Source of the DNA: a virus
Lineage: Duplodnaviria; Caudoviricetes
Direction: 5' to 3' (one strand)
IMG/VR virus record: IMGVR_UViG_3300032050_000168
Coordinates: 1-56,468 of that record
DNA length: 56,468 bases
Shown here: positions 1-10,107 of the stretch, piece after piece
How the letters are laid out: every line of letters begins with the position of its first letter
Numbering within the stretch: the stretch's first letter is position 1
Translations under genes and position numbers: made by a program
Notes under the pieces: model-generated
Seen by the model: only the letters and a program-made list of their open reading frames with translations
What the model was told of the DNA's origin: nothing
The model's database searches: none

Positions 1-541
1 GATACAGGTTCAACTTTAAGCCGGGGACTGTAAAATCCGTGTCTTCCTTCTGTCGTATTTCATCAAGATCTTCCCGACGTTCTTGTAATTTCGTTAACAA
101 CTTTTCTGCTGACGACGAGAGAGTACTTTGCGGGAAGAGTTTCTTAACCTTGGGAAGATGAACTGCAGGAAACTCCCAACGTTTTTCATCACCATTCCAT
201 TTTCGTCCATCAATCTCATACTTGAATTGTTCTACTAACAGCTTATTATAAGGCATGACAAGATAGGCCGTCTTGGAATCCTTCAGATGGATTTCAATTG
301 GACCTACCTGTTCTTCTTTTTGTTCTTGCGGTTTTTCTGAAAGTTTCGTACGTGGGAGGGATAGATCACTAACATCATCGCCGACAAGGGCACGTTTTGC
401 TGCTTCTACCCATACGTCGGGTAACCCAGGAGTCGTACTAATCCACTGTAGATATTGTGGATCAATTCTCCGCACACTCCCCAACGTAGTTCCTTTATAT
501 TTTCCCCACGTAAATAATACATTATCCAGTGACGGATGCAT
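1..541 (-). CDS. 5' part of a probable SNF2/SMARCAL1(HARP)-like helicase; runs off the window edge and is not in the ORF track
   Basis: Manual translation from ATG at 541 (TAATG overlap with the upstream stop): MHPSLDNVLFTWGKYKGTTL...DPQYLQW...MPYNKLLVEQFKYEIDGRKWNGDEKRWEFP...TVPGLKLNLY. It has an (F/W)GKYKG..L...DP.YL.W domain, a HARP-like 'R.W....K.W' segment, and ends where an SNF2 'LYPYQ' motif would begin. Confidence 0.65.
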   Translation of the reverse strand, partial: MHPSLDNVLFTWGKYKGTTLGSVRRIDPQYLQWISTTPGLPDVWVEAAKRALVGDDVSDLSLPRTKLSEKPQEQKEEQVGPIEIHLKDSKTAYLVMPYNKLLVEQFKYEIDGRKWNGDEKRWEFPAVHLPKVKKLFPQSTLSSSAEKLLTKLQERREDLDEIRQKEDTDFTVPGLKLNLY

Positions 542-765
542 TATTCCTCAACGACTGTCTCGGATGGACGAACATACATCATATTTTCCATGTCTAACTT
601 CCATCCGGCATCTGGATTTAACTTCAGTATCTGCATCATTTGTGCATTGGCGTCTTCTATTTCTTGCATTAACTGTCGTTGATAGGTTTTTAACAACGTA
701 TTATTTGCTTTAATTAAGTTCTGTAAGGCTAACGGAACGTCTAATGTAACTTGTTTAGTAGTCAT
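541..765 (-). CDS. small hypothetical protein (helical, short C-terminal hairpin)
   Basis: 74 aa ORF in the operon, translationally coupled to the helicase gene. Confidence 0.6.
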   Translation of the reverse strand: MTTKQVTLDVPLALQNLIKANNTLLKTYQRQLMQEIEDANAQMMQILKLNPDAGWKLDMENMMYVRPSETVVEE

Positions 766-774
766 AAATAAATT

Positions 775-3708
775 TTAATACATATTATCAAAAGGTGTTG
801 CAAATGTTGAGTAACTAGTTACCGTACCAATGGTGGGCATATAGGAACCTGGATACGCAGTGATTGCAGGCAATGGTGCTGTATTTAAATTAAATGCAAA
901 TGTGTAGTCCTGTGCAAGCCACGATGTTAATTGTGAAAATACGAAAGTCGTGTTACGGGTTGCTGAACCACCATCCCATTTGTGAGTTGTTACTTTGTGT
1001 GCACTACTCGATGATCCTGGGTATGTGTTATATAATGGTAACGCCATGTGCCAGTGAGTTGATGTTCTATGTGCAAGTGGTCCGGTAAAAATATTATATA
1101 ATGCATCCGAAGTGTTTAATCCGCCAGATGGTTCTATTCTGAGTCGTTTACCACCTAGTACCGTTCCATTTAAATCCAGAGTAAAAAATTGCATCGCATT
1201 ATATCGTCGGTCGAAATTGTCCAGTATAACGTTAAACGAAACTTCTATGACACCATTTACGTATTGTAACGATTGTTGTCGTCTTCCTTGCAAGGCTGCT
1301 CCGCCAGACGAGACATATCCAGCTTCGTCAGAGGCGTGATAAGTACTTATAAGGGTTGCCCAAGCACATTGCATTCCTCCTTCAAACGCATATGCACCTG
1401 CTGGATTATAAAACTTTGCTACTATAACTCCACTATCCTGATCAGCATTGCCATAGAGTGACTCACCTCGTCTGAATACTACATACAACTCCGATCCTAT
1501 CATTTTCGTAACTCGGGGTATCCATCCTGTCATCGTTGGATTATACCAACAAGTATGAAAATTTCCGTATCCTAGATAATAATCTCCAAATGCGGGATAG
1601 AAGGTATTAACACCATCCCCCAACATGCCAGCCACCCATAATGTAGCAGGTGCATATACGCCCACTCCGTATGGACGAAACGGCTGGTTATTAGAATTTT
1701 TTCCGAACATAACAACTGCACCACTATTATTTCCAGGATAATCAGATATTTCACTTGTACCCGATCCCCAGTTAATATACCCCCACCCATATCTAACACC
1801 ACCTTGACTCCAATTTGTGAGTCCTGTACGGAACGTATTTTGTCCATCATACAATATTGAAGTTGGATTTGCGGGAGTTCCTCTTGACATAAATGTTTCT
1901 ACGTCTGCATACACTACTCCACTTGTTACATTATAATTAAATCGGAAGGTTACATAAGACAGTCCAACTGTATCATACACTTTTATATGACCAAATATTT
2001 CTGTTCCTGCAATCGGAATCATCGACGTGGATTCATTCTTCTCGTGGTCAAATGTTTGTTCGTTTATAAAAAAGCCTGTAGGTAAGGTTATTCTTGTAGT
2101 TCTCACCAATGTACCATTTGACGTATTCTGTACGACTAATTCAAGAATACTTGCATATTCAATGTAATACGTTGCCGTCACCATATAGTTTCCAACAACG
2201 CAGGTACCTAGTACACGGGAATCTAGATCTCCTTGTGTTCCAAACCCTTTCCCCCAATTTGCAAACACAATTTCCGATGGCGACGGTGTAATTGATGGGG
2301 TAACTGTACGTGTTGGTGTAACTGTAGGAGTAACAGACGGCGTTGTAGTAACCGATGGCGTAGTAGTTGGTGTAAAACTTGGAGTGACCGGTGGGGTAAC
2401 AGACGGCGTTGTAGTAACCGATGGCGTAGTAGTTGGTGTAAAACTTGGAGTGACCGGAGGTGTGATAGATGGTGTGGTTGTAACGGACGGCGTAGTAGTT
2501 GGTGTAAAACTTGGAGTGACCTGTGGGGTAACAGATGGCGTTGTGGTAACGGATGGTGTATTAGTTGGTGTAAATGTAGGAGTAACAGACGGCGTTGGTG
2601 TAAATGTTGGCGTATTAGTTGGTGTAAATGTAGGAGTGACGGTTGGCGTTGGTGTAACGGTACTGGTAATTGTGTATGTAGGGGTTACCGTTGGCGTAGT
2701 CGTGGTAGTTGGTGTATTGGTAGGGGTTGCTGACGGACACTGCTGTACCGTTGGACTAATAATACCCACGGATGATGTATATGCGTAAGGATATAATACA
2801 CTTCCGCTTTCAAAAAATCCAGTAAATCCGGTAGTACAATTACTCTGTAAATAAATTTTACCAAAGCAATCTTTATAAAACTTGGTATTGTTTGTTGGGG
2901 TGTTACAATAATCGGTAAGCGTACCACCGCTACTTTTATATAATCCTGGAACTTCTACGCACGGACACGGTGTTACTGTTGGCGATCTAGTAATCGTCGG
3001 GGTTGTCGTTGGTGTAAATGTCGGCGTAATTGTTGGAGTTGGTGTAAATGTTGGCGTACGAGTAAGGGTGGGAGTAACCGTAGAGGTTGGTGTTACCGTA
3101 AACGTTGGGGTAAATGTTGGCGTAAAGGTTGGTGTTACCGTAAACGTTGGGGTAAGCGTTGGGGTTACTGTTGGAGTTACCGTTGGAGTCGGTGTGTTTG
3201 TGGGTGTATTTGTAGACGTAAATGTCGGAGTTGTCGTTGTGGTTGGGGTAAACGTTGGGGTAAATGTTGGCGTAAAGGTTGGTGTTACCGTAAACGTTGG
3301 GGTAAATGTTGGCGTAAAGGTTGGTGTTACCGTAAACGTTGGGGTAAGCGTTGGGGTAAACGTTGGGGTTACTGTGCTAGATGGTGTGGTGGTTTTAGTA
3401 TGTGTTGGCGTCAACGTAGTTGTTGGCGTAACGGTTGGACTGAATGTACTCGTAGGTGTTGGTGTTGGACTTGGCCCTTTATAACACAGTACATAATTTC
3501 TAACCTTCGGTGCCAGTGATGCGGTATCGGCAAGAAAATATCCCGGTGGACATCCAGTTGCAGCTAATCCTGGAGTTCCGGGGGGAGCGTAATTGGCAAC
3601 TAATGCATGTGCGGCAGTTCCAGCAGGAGCAATTACCTCATGTGCGTAACTGGATGACTCTACATATGAACTTGTTGATGGTATACCAAAAGGAAAAAAT
3701 GTACTCAC
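775..3708 (-). CDS. mucin-like Thr/Pro-repeat protein with a Cys-rich insert and a C-terminal probable beta-propeller domain; likely virion-associated
   Basis: 977 aa with two long (TPT[F/V/N])n tracts separated by a Cys-containing domain, an aromatic beta-rich C-terminal half, and an SD-like GGAG upstream of the GTG start. Confidence 0.7.
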   Translation of the reverse strand: MSTFFPFGIPSTSSYVESSSYAHEVIAPAGTAAHALVANYAPPGTPGLAATGCPPGYFLADTASLAPKVRNYVLCYKGPSPTPTPTSTFSPTVTPTTTLTPTHTKTTTPSSTVTPTFTPTLTPTFTVTPTFTPTFTPTFTVTPTFTPTFTPTFTPTTTTTPTFTSTNTPTNTPTPTVTPTVTPTLTPTFTVTPTFTPTFTPTFTVTPTSTVTPTLTRTPTFTPTPTITPTFTPTTTPTITRSPTVTPCPCVEVPGLYKSSGGTLTDYCNTPTNNTKFYKDCFGKIYLQSNCTTGFTGFFESGSVLYPYAYTSSVGIISPTVQQCPSATPTNTPTTTTTPTVTPTYTITSTVTPTPTVTPTFTPTNTPTFTPTPSVTPTFTPTNTPSVTTTPSVTPQVTPSFTPTTTPSVTTTPSITPPVTPSFTPTTTPSVTTTPSVTPPVTPSFTPTTTPSVTTTPSVTPTVTPTRTVTPSITPSPSEIVFANWGKGFGTQGDLDSRVLGTCVVGNYMVTATYYIEYASILELVVQNTSNGTLVRTTRITLPTGFFINEQTFDHEKNESTSMIPIAGTEIFGHIKVYDTVGLSYVTFRFNYNVTSGVVYADVETFMSRGTPANPTSILYDGQNTFRTGLTNWSQGGVRYGWGYINWGSGTSEISDYPGNNSGAVVMFGKNSNNQPFRPYGVGVYAPATLWVAGMLGDGVNTFYPAFGDYYLGYGNFHTCWYNPTMTGWIPRVTKMIGSELYVVFRRGESLYGNADQDSGVIVAKFYNPAGAYAFEGGMQCAWATLISTYHASDEAGYVSSGGAALQGRRQQSLQYVNGVIEVSFNVILDNFDRRYNAMQFFTLDLNGTVLGGKRLRIEPSGGLNTSDALYNIFTGPLAHRTSTHWHMALPLYNTYPGSSSSAHKVTTHKWDGGSATRNTTFVFSQLTSWLAQDYTFAFNLNTAPLPAITAYPGSYMPTIGTVTSYSTFATPFDNMY
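2330..2530. repeat. 66-bp tandem repeat ([22 protein letters not shown] units)
   Basis: gtaacagacggcgttgtagtaaccgatggcgtagtagttggtgtaaaacttggagtgaccgg occurs at about 2330 and 2396, followed by a more degenerate third copy. Confidence 0.85.
3084..3357. repeat. 42-bp tandem units and an 82-bp exact duplication within the Thr/Pro tract
   Basis: 3084-3165 is identical to 3276-3357; the unit is ggttggtgttaccgtaaacgttggggtaaatgttggcgtaaa. Confidence 0.85.
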
Positions 3709-3724
3709 ACAAAACTCCGATTAT

Positions 3725-3934
3725 TTACACATTAATAATTTGTACTTTAGTTGTATCGTATCCGTCGCCGATAATTTTATATGGAGGGCCTTGCGGTCCT
3801 ATACTTTCACTTGCAAATTGAGCAAATGATGCAGTAATTGGCTTACCACCGGGCGAAGTAGTCATAGTCAATCGTGAACCTATTGAATAAGAACCACTTA
3901 TATAAGTACCACCGGGAGTAAATTCAATCGTCAT
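3725..3934 (-). CDS. small hypothetical protein with a TASFA motif and a GPQGPP triplet
   Basis: 69 aa ORF in the operon; shares the TASFA motif with the fibre proteins. Confidence 0.6.
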   Translation of the reverse strand: MTIEFTPGGTYISGSYSIGSRLTMTTSPGGKPITASFAQFASESIGPQGPPYKIIGDGYDTTKVQIINV

Positions 3935-3945
3935 ATTTTATACTC

Positions 3946-4185
3946 TTAATCTGAAAAGTCGCACAATTCTACACGGGTTGCTGAGCCAGAAATTTGATAA
4001 TATTGTTCTGTACTAAGAAGACAGATTCCTATTCCTCGTGATCCTGATTGAGGATATAGTACTCGGTCTGCTTTTGATGCTGTAACTACGTTATTTATGA
4101 AACTTGCGGATATTGCATATGATGATGTTATTGCAAATGATGAAGTGTACAGTGAACCGGATGCATACGGGTATACATTAATCAT
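3946..4185 (-). CDS. small hypothetical protein with (T/S)(A/S)S(F/Y)A repeats
   Basis: 79 aa; contains YTSSFAITSSYAISASF. Confidence 0.6.
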   Translation of the reverse strand: MINVYPYASGSLYTSSFAITSSYAISASFINNVVTASKADRVLYPQSGSRGIGICLLSTEQYYQISGSATRVELCDFSD

Positions 4186-4186
4186 A

Positions 4187-5047
4187 TCAACTCTCTAGAG
4201 AAAATACGTGCAACGATACTTTAATATTGGTAGTACCGGGAGTTGATGCAAGATTTTCAAGTATATAATACATTTCATTTTCTCCCATGATTGCCGCTTC
4301 ATTACTTCTAATTGCAACTAGATCGGATCCGATTGTATCTAAATTTGAACCTACAATTTTTGGAACAAAATAGGTAGTTTGACTACCAGATAATATTGCA
4401 TCAATAATTAATCCAGTACTTCCCAAAGATTCTGTGGCAAATGATCTGGAAATTTCTGTAGTATTTGAAAACACATTTGATCTACTATATAGACGTATTC
4501 TTGCTCGGGTTCCCGACCCCGATAGAGATGCACTCACCAATAAATAGGTTCGTGGAACTGTAGGATCACTTAAAGTTCCCGTTACAAATGTTCCCGTGGT
4601 TACCAACGATTGTATATAGGGGACTGTTATCCGATTGATGGTATTTACCGTAGAATCTTCCAATAAATATCTATTAAATACTATTGTTGGAGTACTTGTA
4701 TTATTATCTATTCTATAATAAGTTAATTTATTACTGGCGGTGGCAACCACGCCGTATGTAGCTGGATCAATTTTATATGTTCCTGCTACACTCATACTAA
4801 AATCGCCGATTAGTGCAATATTGTTTGGTACAAAATTGGTGGTAAACGGTCTTATTTTTTCAGTAGCGTCATCCCTACTCTGTAAATTATCGTATAAACG
4901 CAATCTACATGGAATATTTGACTGTAAGGTTAGTAACATATACGCGGAACCTAATTCAATGGATCCTGAATTAGATGCGTTTGCTTGTAATGTTACGTTC
5001 TCTCTAATTAATGAAGCGCCATCCCTAATATGATCTGCTAATCCCAT
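4187..5047 (-). CDS. probable structural protein with an internal two-domain duplication
   Basis: Two related halves: YMLLT...CRLRLY....DATEKIRPFTT and YLLVS...ARIRLY....NTTEISRSFAT. AAGGA SD and the upstream promoter motif are present. Confidence 0.6.
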   Translation of the reverse strand: MGLADHIRDGASLIRENVTLQANASNSGSIELGSAYMLLTLQSNIPCRLRLYDNLQSRDDATEKIRPFTTNFVPNNIALIGDFSMSVAGTYKIDPATYGVVATASNKLTYYRIDNNTSTPTIVFNRYLLEDSTVNTINRITVPYIQSLVTTGTFVTGTLSDPTVPRTYLLVSASLSGSGTRARIRLYSRSNVFSNTTEISRSFATESLGSTGLIIDAILSGSQTTYFVPKIVGSNLDTIGSDLVAIRSNEAAIMGENEMYYILENLASTPGTTNIKVSLHVFSLES

Positions 5048-5071
5048 AATGTCCTTTAAAAAGTATACCTA

Positions 5072-5079
5072 TATAAATA
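5072..5079 (-). promoter_or_regulatory. putative late promoter motif TATTTATA
   Basis: Motif 25 nt upstream of the ATG at 5047; recurs at similar spacing before other late genes. Confidence 0.6.
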
Positions 5080-5089
5080 TTTTGTATGT

Positions 5090-7435
5090 TTAGTTTTCTC
5101 TACGTTCTTCTGCCGGATAAAACTCTACTCGGTCGTGGGTGATTGGACTTGCCACCAATATACCAGGATTAATATTCCCATTTAATGTTTCTTGAAAAAT
5201 GTGACTCATCCACGTTTGTTCATACGGAAATGCCCATCGTGTTTCTAAAAACATCTTTCTATTTCCTTCTTTACTAACAATTTGAGGCCAATTGCTATAG
5301 TATACTTCTCCTGTTGCATAAGCAACCCCGTCTAATACTTTTATATTGTAAAAACGTGTATATGGTGAATTTGGATCCAATCCTGTCTCTGGTAATTTAT
5401 CGTACGATGGCCACGTCTGTGTTCTGATTTCTTGCGGCACATTATACCACGCCCATTGCTTACTGTTATCCCCATAAAATTCTGAAAATGAGAATTTTAA
5501 GAAATCAAACTTTTCTTTGAGCATGATCTTTACAATTGAGGTATACAGATTAGGAACATATTGTGTCAATCCGCACTTACATAATTTATCGGCAGTGTCT
5601 TTGCCATTGACGTGCATATCGTCTTCAAAAAACATAGAAAAATCCGCGTCAGATTCATCAAAGTGTTCTGCAGCAAATTGTCGTCCACCGCACACACCCA
5701 AATTTTCTCTATGAATTTCTTCAAATCCATACATGGTACATAATTCATCATATTCTGGAAATAGTGTCGTGTCAATAGAATTGTTTATTAGTATCTTTCT
5801 ACTTAAGACGAACATATCAGGATCGTTCTGTTTTATTGATTCACACACTGATTTAAACTGATTCGGTGAATTGAATCCCAATACGTATAAATTTGTTTTT
5901 GCTGTTTTTGGTGTAATAACTCTATGAATGCTGTTGGTTAGTTCTTTTACATCTTTTAATTTTTCAAAAAATCTCCAAACTAATCCATCTTCCAGCAATT
6001 CATAACAATATATGAACTCCGGATATTGATGTGCCAGAATAGTAAATATACTTTCTTCTGTCCCCATCAATTGTTTTTGTAAAGTATCTGTCAATACTGC
6101 ATAATATAATCCATTAATTTTGTTGATAAGAGATTTTTTACCACCAAAAAATCCACCACGACACACATAGTTAACGTGGGTTACTTCACAATATTTTGTA
6201 ATTTCTTTTCTGTCAAATCCATGAATCTCGGTTCCATCCGTATATGGATATGACAAAAATAAAAATTGATTTAAGCTCTCCACATAAGTTGATAAATTAT
6301 TTAATACTTTGTCATGTGTAAAATATCCAGGATGTACAGTTGATGTAATTCCCGCATCAAGCCAAAAGAAATATTCCGTGTCAAACGGATTAAATATCGT
6401 GGCATTGTTTAACATAAACATCTTACTCATAACAACAGGATTGTAATACTCCAACGTTGCTTGCGGGGATTCTTTAAGCCAACTTGCTTGAGAATACCAA
6501 GATTCCGTTTTTCTTATCTGTTGTACCGAGTTAAAATGTTCAAACCAAAGTTTAAATTCTTTTAATTCTAATATCTTGACCATAGTATTACTACGTGATC
6601 TATGTTTCCAGATAAACTCTTCGTCTTCCGGTGCAACAAATATAATCATATTGACGGGAGTTTTCAATAGTTCTGCAAATTTTTCTTTGTAATGTTCGTA
6701 TGACCGTTTAAATGCGGCTGATATACTTTCCCTACCCAAATCCCATAACGCAGTAACTATCGTAACATTTTGAGGTATTTCCTCTGTAAATATTTCATCA
6801 ATCGTATGTAATGTAACTTGTTTATAAGTGTCAATTAATTTTTTATATGGAAATGCCAACTGCAATTTTTCAATTATAGTATCTTCAATTTGATCATAAA
6901 ATACAGGTGTATATTCGGTACGTTTAGTATTTTTTATAAAAACCCCATAATCATATCTAACGCACAATGGAATAAGTTTTTTATGTGTTCTTAAGAAGGA
7001 AGTTAATGTAAGTTTTGGTTGCAAATGAATTTCATGCACGTTTTCATTTACTGTACCCTGCGGTGCGTTAAATGGGACTGTAATAATCAATTCAGCCGAA
7101 GTATTTAGAAGTTTTTGTATAAGACTTCGTGAATCGTTTAAATTCAGATGCTCCAGTATATCTCCCAGAATAATAAAGTCATACTGGGAAAAATCTACCG
7201 AGGTGTGCATTACGTTTTCTATAAACACATTTTTATATTTTTCCCGTAAATTATACTGCTCTACGTAGGGAAAAAATACTTCCATTGCATCAATATTAGT
7301 AAACTGCGGGGATAGTAAATCTGCATAGGTACCACATCCCGCACCAATGTCTAATATTTTAACATCTGTATTGTTGGCCGATTTTGTTATGAACTCTAAA
7401 ATTTGTTGTTTAAAAATTGTAGTACTAAATGGCAT
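5090..7435 (-). CDS. fusion of class I SAM methyltransferase, HtrL/YibB-like glycosyltransferase and GT-A (GT2-like) domains
   Basis: ILDIGAGCG and GDILEHL (MTase); TIVTALWDLGRE, SKMFML..A...NPFDTEYFFWLDAG, GGFFGG, GTEESIF (HtrL-like); ENLGVCGGRQ...FFEDD (GT-A). Confidence 0.8.
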   Translation of the reverse strand: MPFSTTIFKQQILEFITKSANNTDVKILDIGAGCGTYADLLSPQFTNIDAMEVFFPYVEQYNLREKYKNVFIENVMHTSVDFSQYDFIILGDILEHLNLNDSRSLIQKLLNTSAELIITVPFNAPQGTVNENVHEIHLQPKLTLTSFLRTHKKLIPLCVRYDYGVFIKNTKRTEYTPVFYDQIEDTIIEKLQLAFPYKKLIDTYKQVTLHTIDEIFTEEIPQNVTIVTALWDLGRESISAAFKRSYEHYKEKFAELLKTPVNMIIFVAPEDEEFIWKHRSRSNTMVKILELKEFKLWFEHFNSVQQIRKTESWYSQASWLKESPQATLEYYNPVVMSKMFMLNNATIFNPFDTEYFFWLDAGITSTVHPGYFTHDKVLNNLSTYVESLNQFLFLSYPYTDGTEIHGFDRKEITKYCEVTHVNYVCRGGFFGGKKSLINKINGLYYAVLTDTLQKQLMGTEESIFTILAHQYPEFIYCYELLEDGLVWRFFEKLKDVKELTNSIHRVITPKTAKTNLYVLGFNSPNQFKSVCESIKQNDPDMFVLSRKILINNSIDTTLFPEYDELCTMYGFEEIHRENLGVCGGRQFAAEHFDESDADFSMFFEDDMHVNGKDTADKLCKCGLTQYVPNLYTSIVKIMLKEKFDFLKFSFSEFYGDNSKQWAWYNVPQEIRTQTWPSYDKLPETGLDPNSPYTRFYNIKVLDGVAYATGEVYYSNWPQIVSKEGNRKMFLETRWAFPYEQTWMSHIFQETLNGNINPGILVASPITHDRVEFYPAEERREN

Positions 7436-7485
7436 AAACTATTTTGTCCTGTAATAAACGTATGATTTAAATATTACTCCTGGTA

Positions 7486-10077
7486 CTACAAACCTCCCAT
7501 TTTTCTATGAAAATAGAAATCTTCCACATAAACCCCACTCAGTTCGGTGGATTCAAATACTTTAAATGCGTCACCTAACGTTGATAAAATGGGTTTACCG
7601 TCTACGTTAAACGACGTATTCAGTAACACACCAATGCCAGTTAGTTTTTTAAACTCGGTAATTAAATCATATAATTTCTGATTCTGTTCTCGTGTAACTG
7701 TTTGTACCCGCGCAGTTCCATCTACATGAACAATTGCAGGTATGATATTTTTATATTTTTCTTTTACTTTAGGACAAAAACTCATCCACCTGGATTCACC
7801 CTCCCATTCAAAATATTCTGACACATCTTCTAAACGAACTACAGGAGCAAATGGTCTGTACCATTCTCGGTGTTTTACTTTTAAATTCAATGTGTCTTTC
7901 ATATCGGACAGTAACGGACTACATAAAATACTACGATTACCTAACGCACGAGGACCGTGCTCCGACCGTCCGGTAATAAATCCAAGTATTTGACCCTGCA
8001 TAAGTAACGTAGCTAATTTATCTAACTCAATTGATTCTCCAAGATAACGTTCAACATATTCAGATAACCGATGTTTGTCAAGTAATTCTGGTCCTGCGTA
8101 TGTTACGTCAATTGAATCCGGTGGCATGATCATATTTGCCAGCATACCCACCGCTAACCCACAATCATTTGGATTTGGTCCAACAAACACGGGTCTATTA
8201 TATTTTTGGTTTATTTTTGTATTTAATACAATATTCAATCCACACCCACCCGTTATACAAATAGGAAGTTCTGTGTGAGATTGTATTTCCTCGTCCACGT
8301 ACTCAAAAAATAATTCTTCAAATACGTGCTGTGATGTAGCAGCTACATCATATGCAACTTGATCAATCAATCTATTCTGTATATCAAATGGTATAGAAAT
8401 TTCTTCAGATAAAATTTTAAAATGCTCTTCGTAATTCCCGCCAGAAATATTAGAAGTATATAATTTTTTAAATGCATTTACCCAATCTGTTCTTACATTA
8501 CCATATGATTGTAGTCCTAGAATTTTTCCAGCATATACCAAATTACCCAAACTTAGTGCATTTTCTTTTTTAATGTCGCCAAGATATTCACCAAATATCA
8601 TATATGGAAATCCCAAATCCAGTCTATGTTCTCGTAAAACAGTAAGTGGTTTTCCTCGTTCTGCTAGATAAATTTTAAAAAATCCATCATTACCGCCACC
8701 ATCAAACGAGATTACCAATGCTTTTTGAAATGGTGATTGATAAAATGTACCTGCCGCATGTGATTCGTGGTGCTTACACTCAACGTGAATTTTTGCAGGA
8801 AATCCTTCCCAATAGTTAACACTGCCGTGGTGTTCAATTGTTTCACAGTGTTGATGTAAACAATAACCGTATTCGGTGAAACCATATTTATTCTGAAAAT
8901 AGTCTACTATCAGTTTTGATAAGTTTTTTCTTGAATGTGCCACGTAATATTGCGTATAACCTGCGTTCTTTACATTCAAGAATCTTTCAATTTCCAACAC
9001 TTCCAAAATTTTTCCACCATATTCAACTGCAACTGATGCGTTATGGGAGCCATATACTGCTATATTTGGTAAATCAAATTTCTCATATACAAATGGTGCA
9101 GGTGACTTATACACAGGCACCAAATATTTTTCCACGTTAGTTAATCTTGACTCTTTTTCTTCTATTAAATTAAAAAATGATTTATAAAAAGACCGTGCTG
9201 AATTATCTGAGTGTAGAAAATAACATGGATCCGTTGGAACATCGTGATACCAAGTATCAAACGTATTTAAATAAAATAGTTCAGGATGAGTTGTATGTAC
9301 CACGGACATAATTCCTTCTTCCAACGGAACAACATCAGCATTCAATATAGTATCCACGAGTGCATAAAATTTTTCTGCAAACGTATGAATTACACTCGGT
9401 ACTCCTCCAAAAAAACCACCAATTAAACTTGCAGTTAATTCGGTTGGAGCTACTTCTTTAGTCCACTCAACAGGAAGTCGTATCACTTGAGTTGCATATC
9501 CAAATATTTTTGATTCACTGACAAGTAAGTCGTATAACTTATCACCCAAGTCTTCATTAAATTTTGCTGTACTTTTATTTGGATAATAGTTTTCCAAATC
9601 AAATCTTGCCAATTCAACACCACCCAATGTTTCTGGAAACAACGCATGGTGAAACAGTCCCGCATCAATCCATACTACAGGAGTTTCTTCTATTTGACGA
9701 TGTTTAATAGTATCCAGTAAAAACCATAACTTTGACAAGCACAGAATATGTAACCTATTATTATGTTTATATAATTCTGATGCGTCATTATTGAATAAAT
9801 TAACATATCGTTCTTTTAAAGAATAAACTTTTTGATAGTTTGGAAGATCTTCTAATTCCACGTGTCGTAATTCAAAATTTATTAAGTTATATTCTTGAAC
9901 GAATTTTGTTAATTCCGGTTCTTGAAATTTATCGTGATAAACCACAACTTTTTGCGTACCCAATCGTGAAATTGCATATAATGTTGGTTTATAATAAGAA
10001 AAATTCCATCCTCTACCGCCCATTATAGATAAAGGATTTGAGTAATATACTGCAGTAACTATTGTTGTATTATTCAT
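7486..10077 (-). CDS. HtrL-like glycosyltransferase domain fused to a NodU/CmcH/TobZ-family O-carbamoyltransferase
   Basis: N-terminal TIVTA, WIDAG, IGGFFGG, EE. C-terminal HHESHAA, DGGG, GGCGLN, PNDCGLAVG, GRSEHGPRALGNRS, KHREWYRPFAP, HVDGTARVQTV, LLNTSFN. Confidence 0.9.
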   Translation of the reverse strand: MNNTTIVTAVYYSNPLSIMGGRGWNFSYYKPTLYAISRLGTQKVVVYHDKFQEPELTKFVQEYNLINFELRHVELEDLPNYQKVYSLKERYVNLFNNDASELYKHNNRLHILCLSKLWFLLDTIKHRQIEETPVVWIDAGLFHHALFPETLGGVELARFDLENYYPNKSTAKFNEDLGDKLYDLLVSESKIFGYATQVIRLPVEWTKEVAPTELTASLIGGFFGGVPSVIHTFAEKFYALVDTILNADVVPLEEGIMSVVHTTHPELFYLNTFDTWYHDVPTDPCYFLHSDNSARSFYKSFFNLIEEKESRLTNVEKYLVPVYKSPAPFVYEKFDLPNIAVYGSHNASVAVEYGGKILEVLEIERFLNVKNAGYTQYYVAHSRKNLSKLIVDYFQNKYGFTEYGYCLHQHCETIEHHGSVNYWEGFPAKIHVECKHHESHAAGTFYQSPFQKALVISFDGGGNDGFFKIYLAERGKPLTVLREHRLDLGFPYMIFGEYLGDIKKENALSLGNLVYAGKILGLQSYGNVRTDWVNAFKKLYTSNISGGNYEEHFKILSEEISIPFDIQNRLIDQVAYDVAATSQHVFEELFFEYVDEEIQSHTELPICITGGCGLNIVLNTKINQKYNRPVFVGPNPNDCGLAVGMLANMIMPPDSIDVTYAGPELLDKHRLSEYVERYLGESIELDKLATLLMQGQILGFITGRSEHGPRALGNRSILCSPLLSDMKDTLNLKVKHREWYRPFAPVVRLEDVSEYFEWEGESRWMSFCPKVKEKYKNIIPAIVHVDGTARVQTVTREQNQKLYDLITEFKKLTGIGVLLNTSFNVDGKPILSTLGDAFKVFESTELSGVYVEDFYFHRKMGGL

Positions 10078-10107
10078 CTGAATCCCGTGGTGTGTTTGTA
10101 AGATAAC

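Noticed and set aside
2280-3480. Short repeats resembling a CRISPR array
   Set aside because: The repeats are in-frame coding units with no unique spacers, and no cas genes are present
2384-3484. Val/Gly-rich plus-strand ORFs (2384..2788, 3068..3484) and many similar plus-strand ORFs across the window
   Set aside because: They are antisense shadows of Thr/Pro/Ser-rich minus-strand genes, whose codons lack stops on the opposite strand. They have no SD or promoter support.
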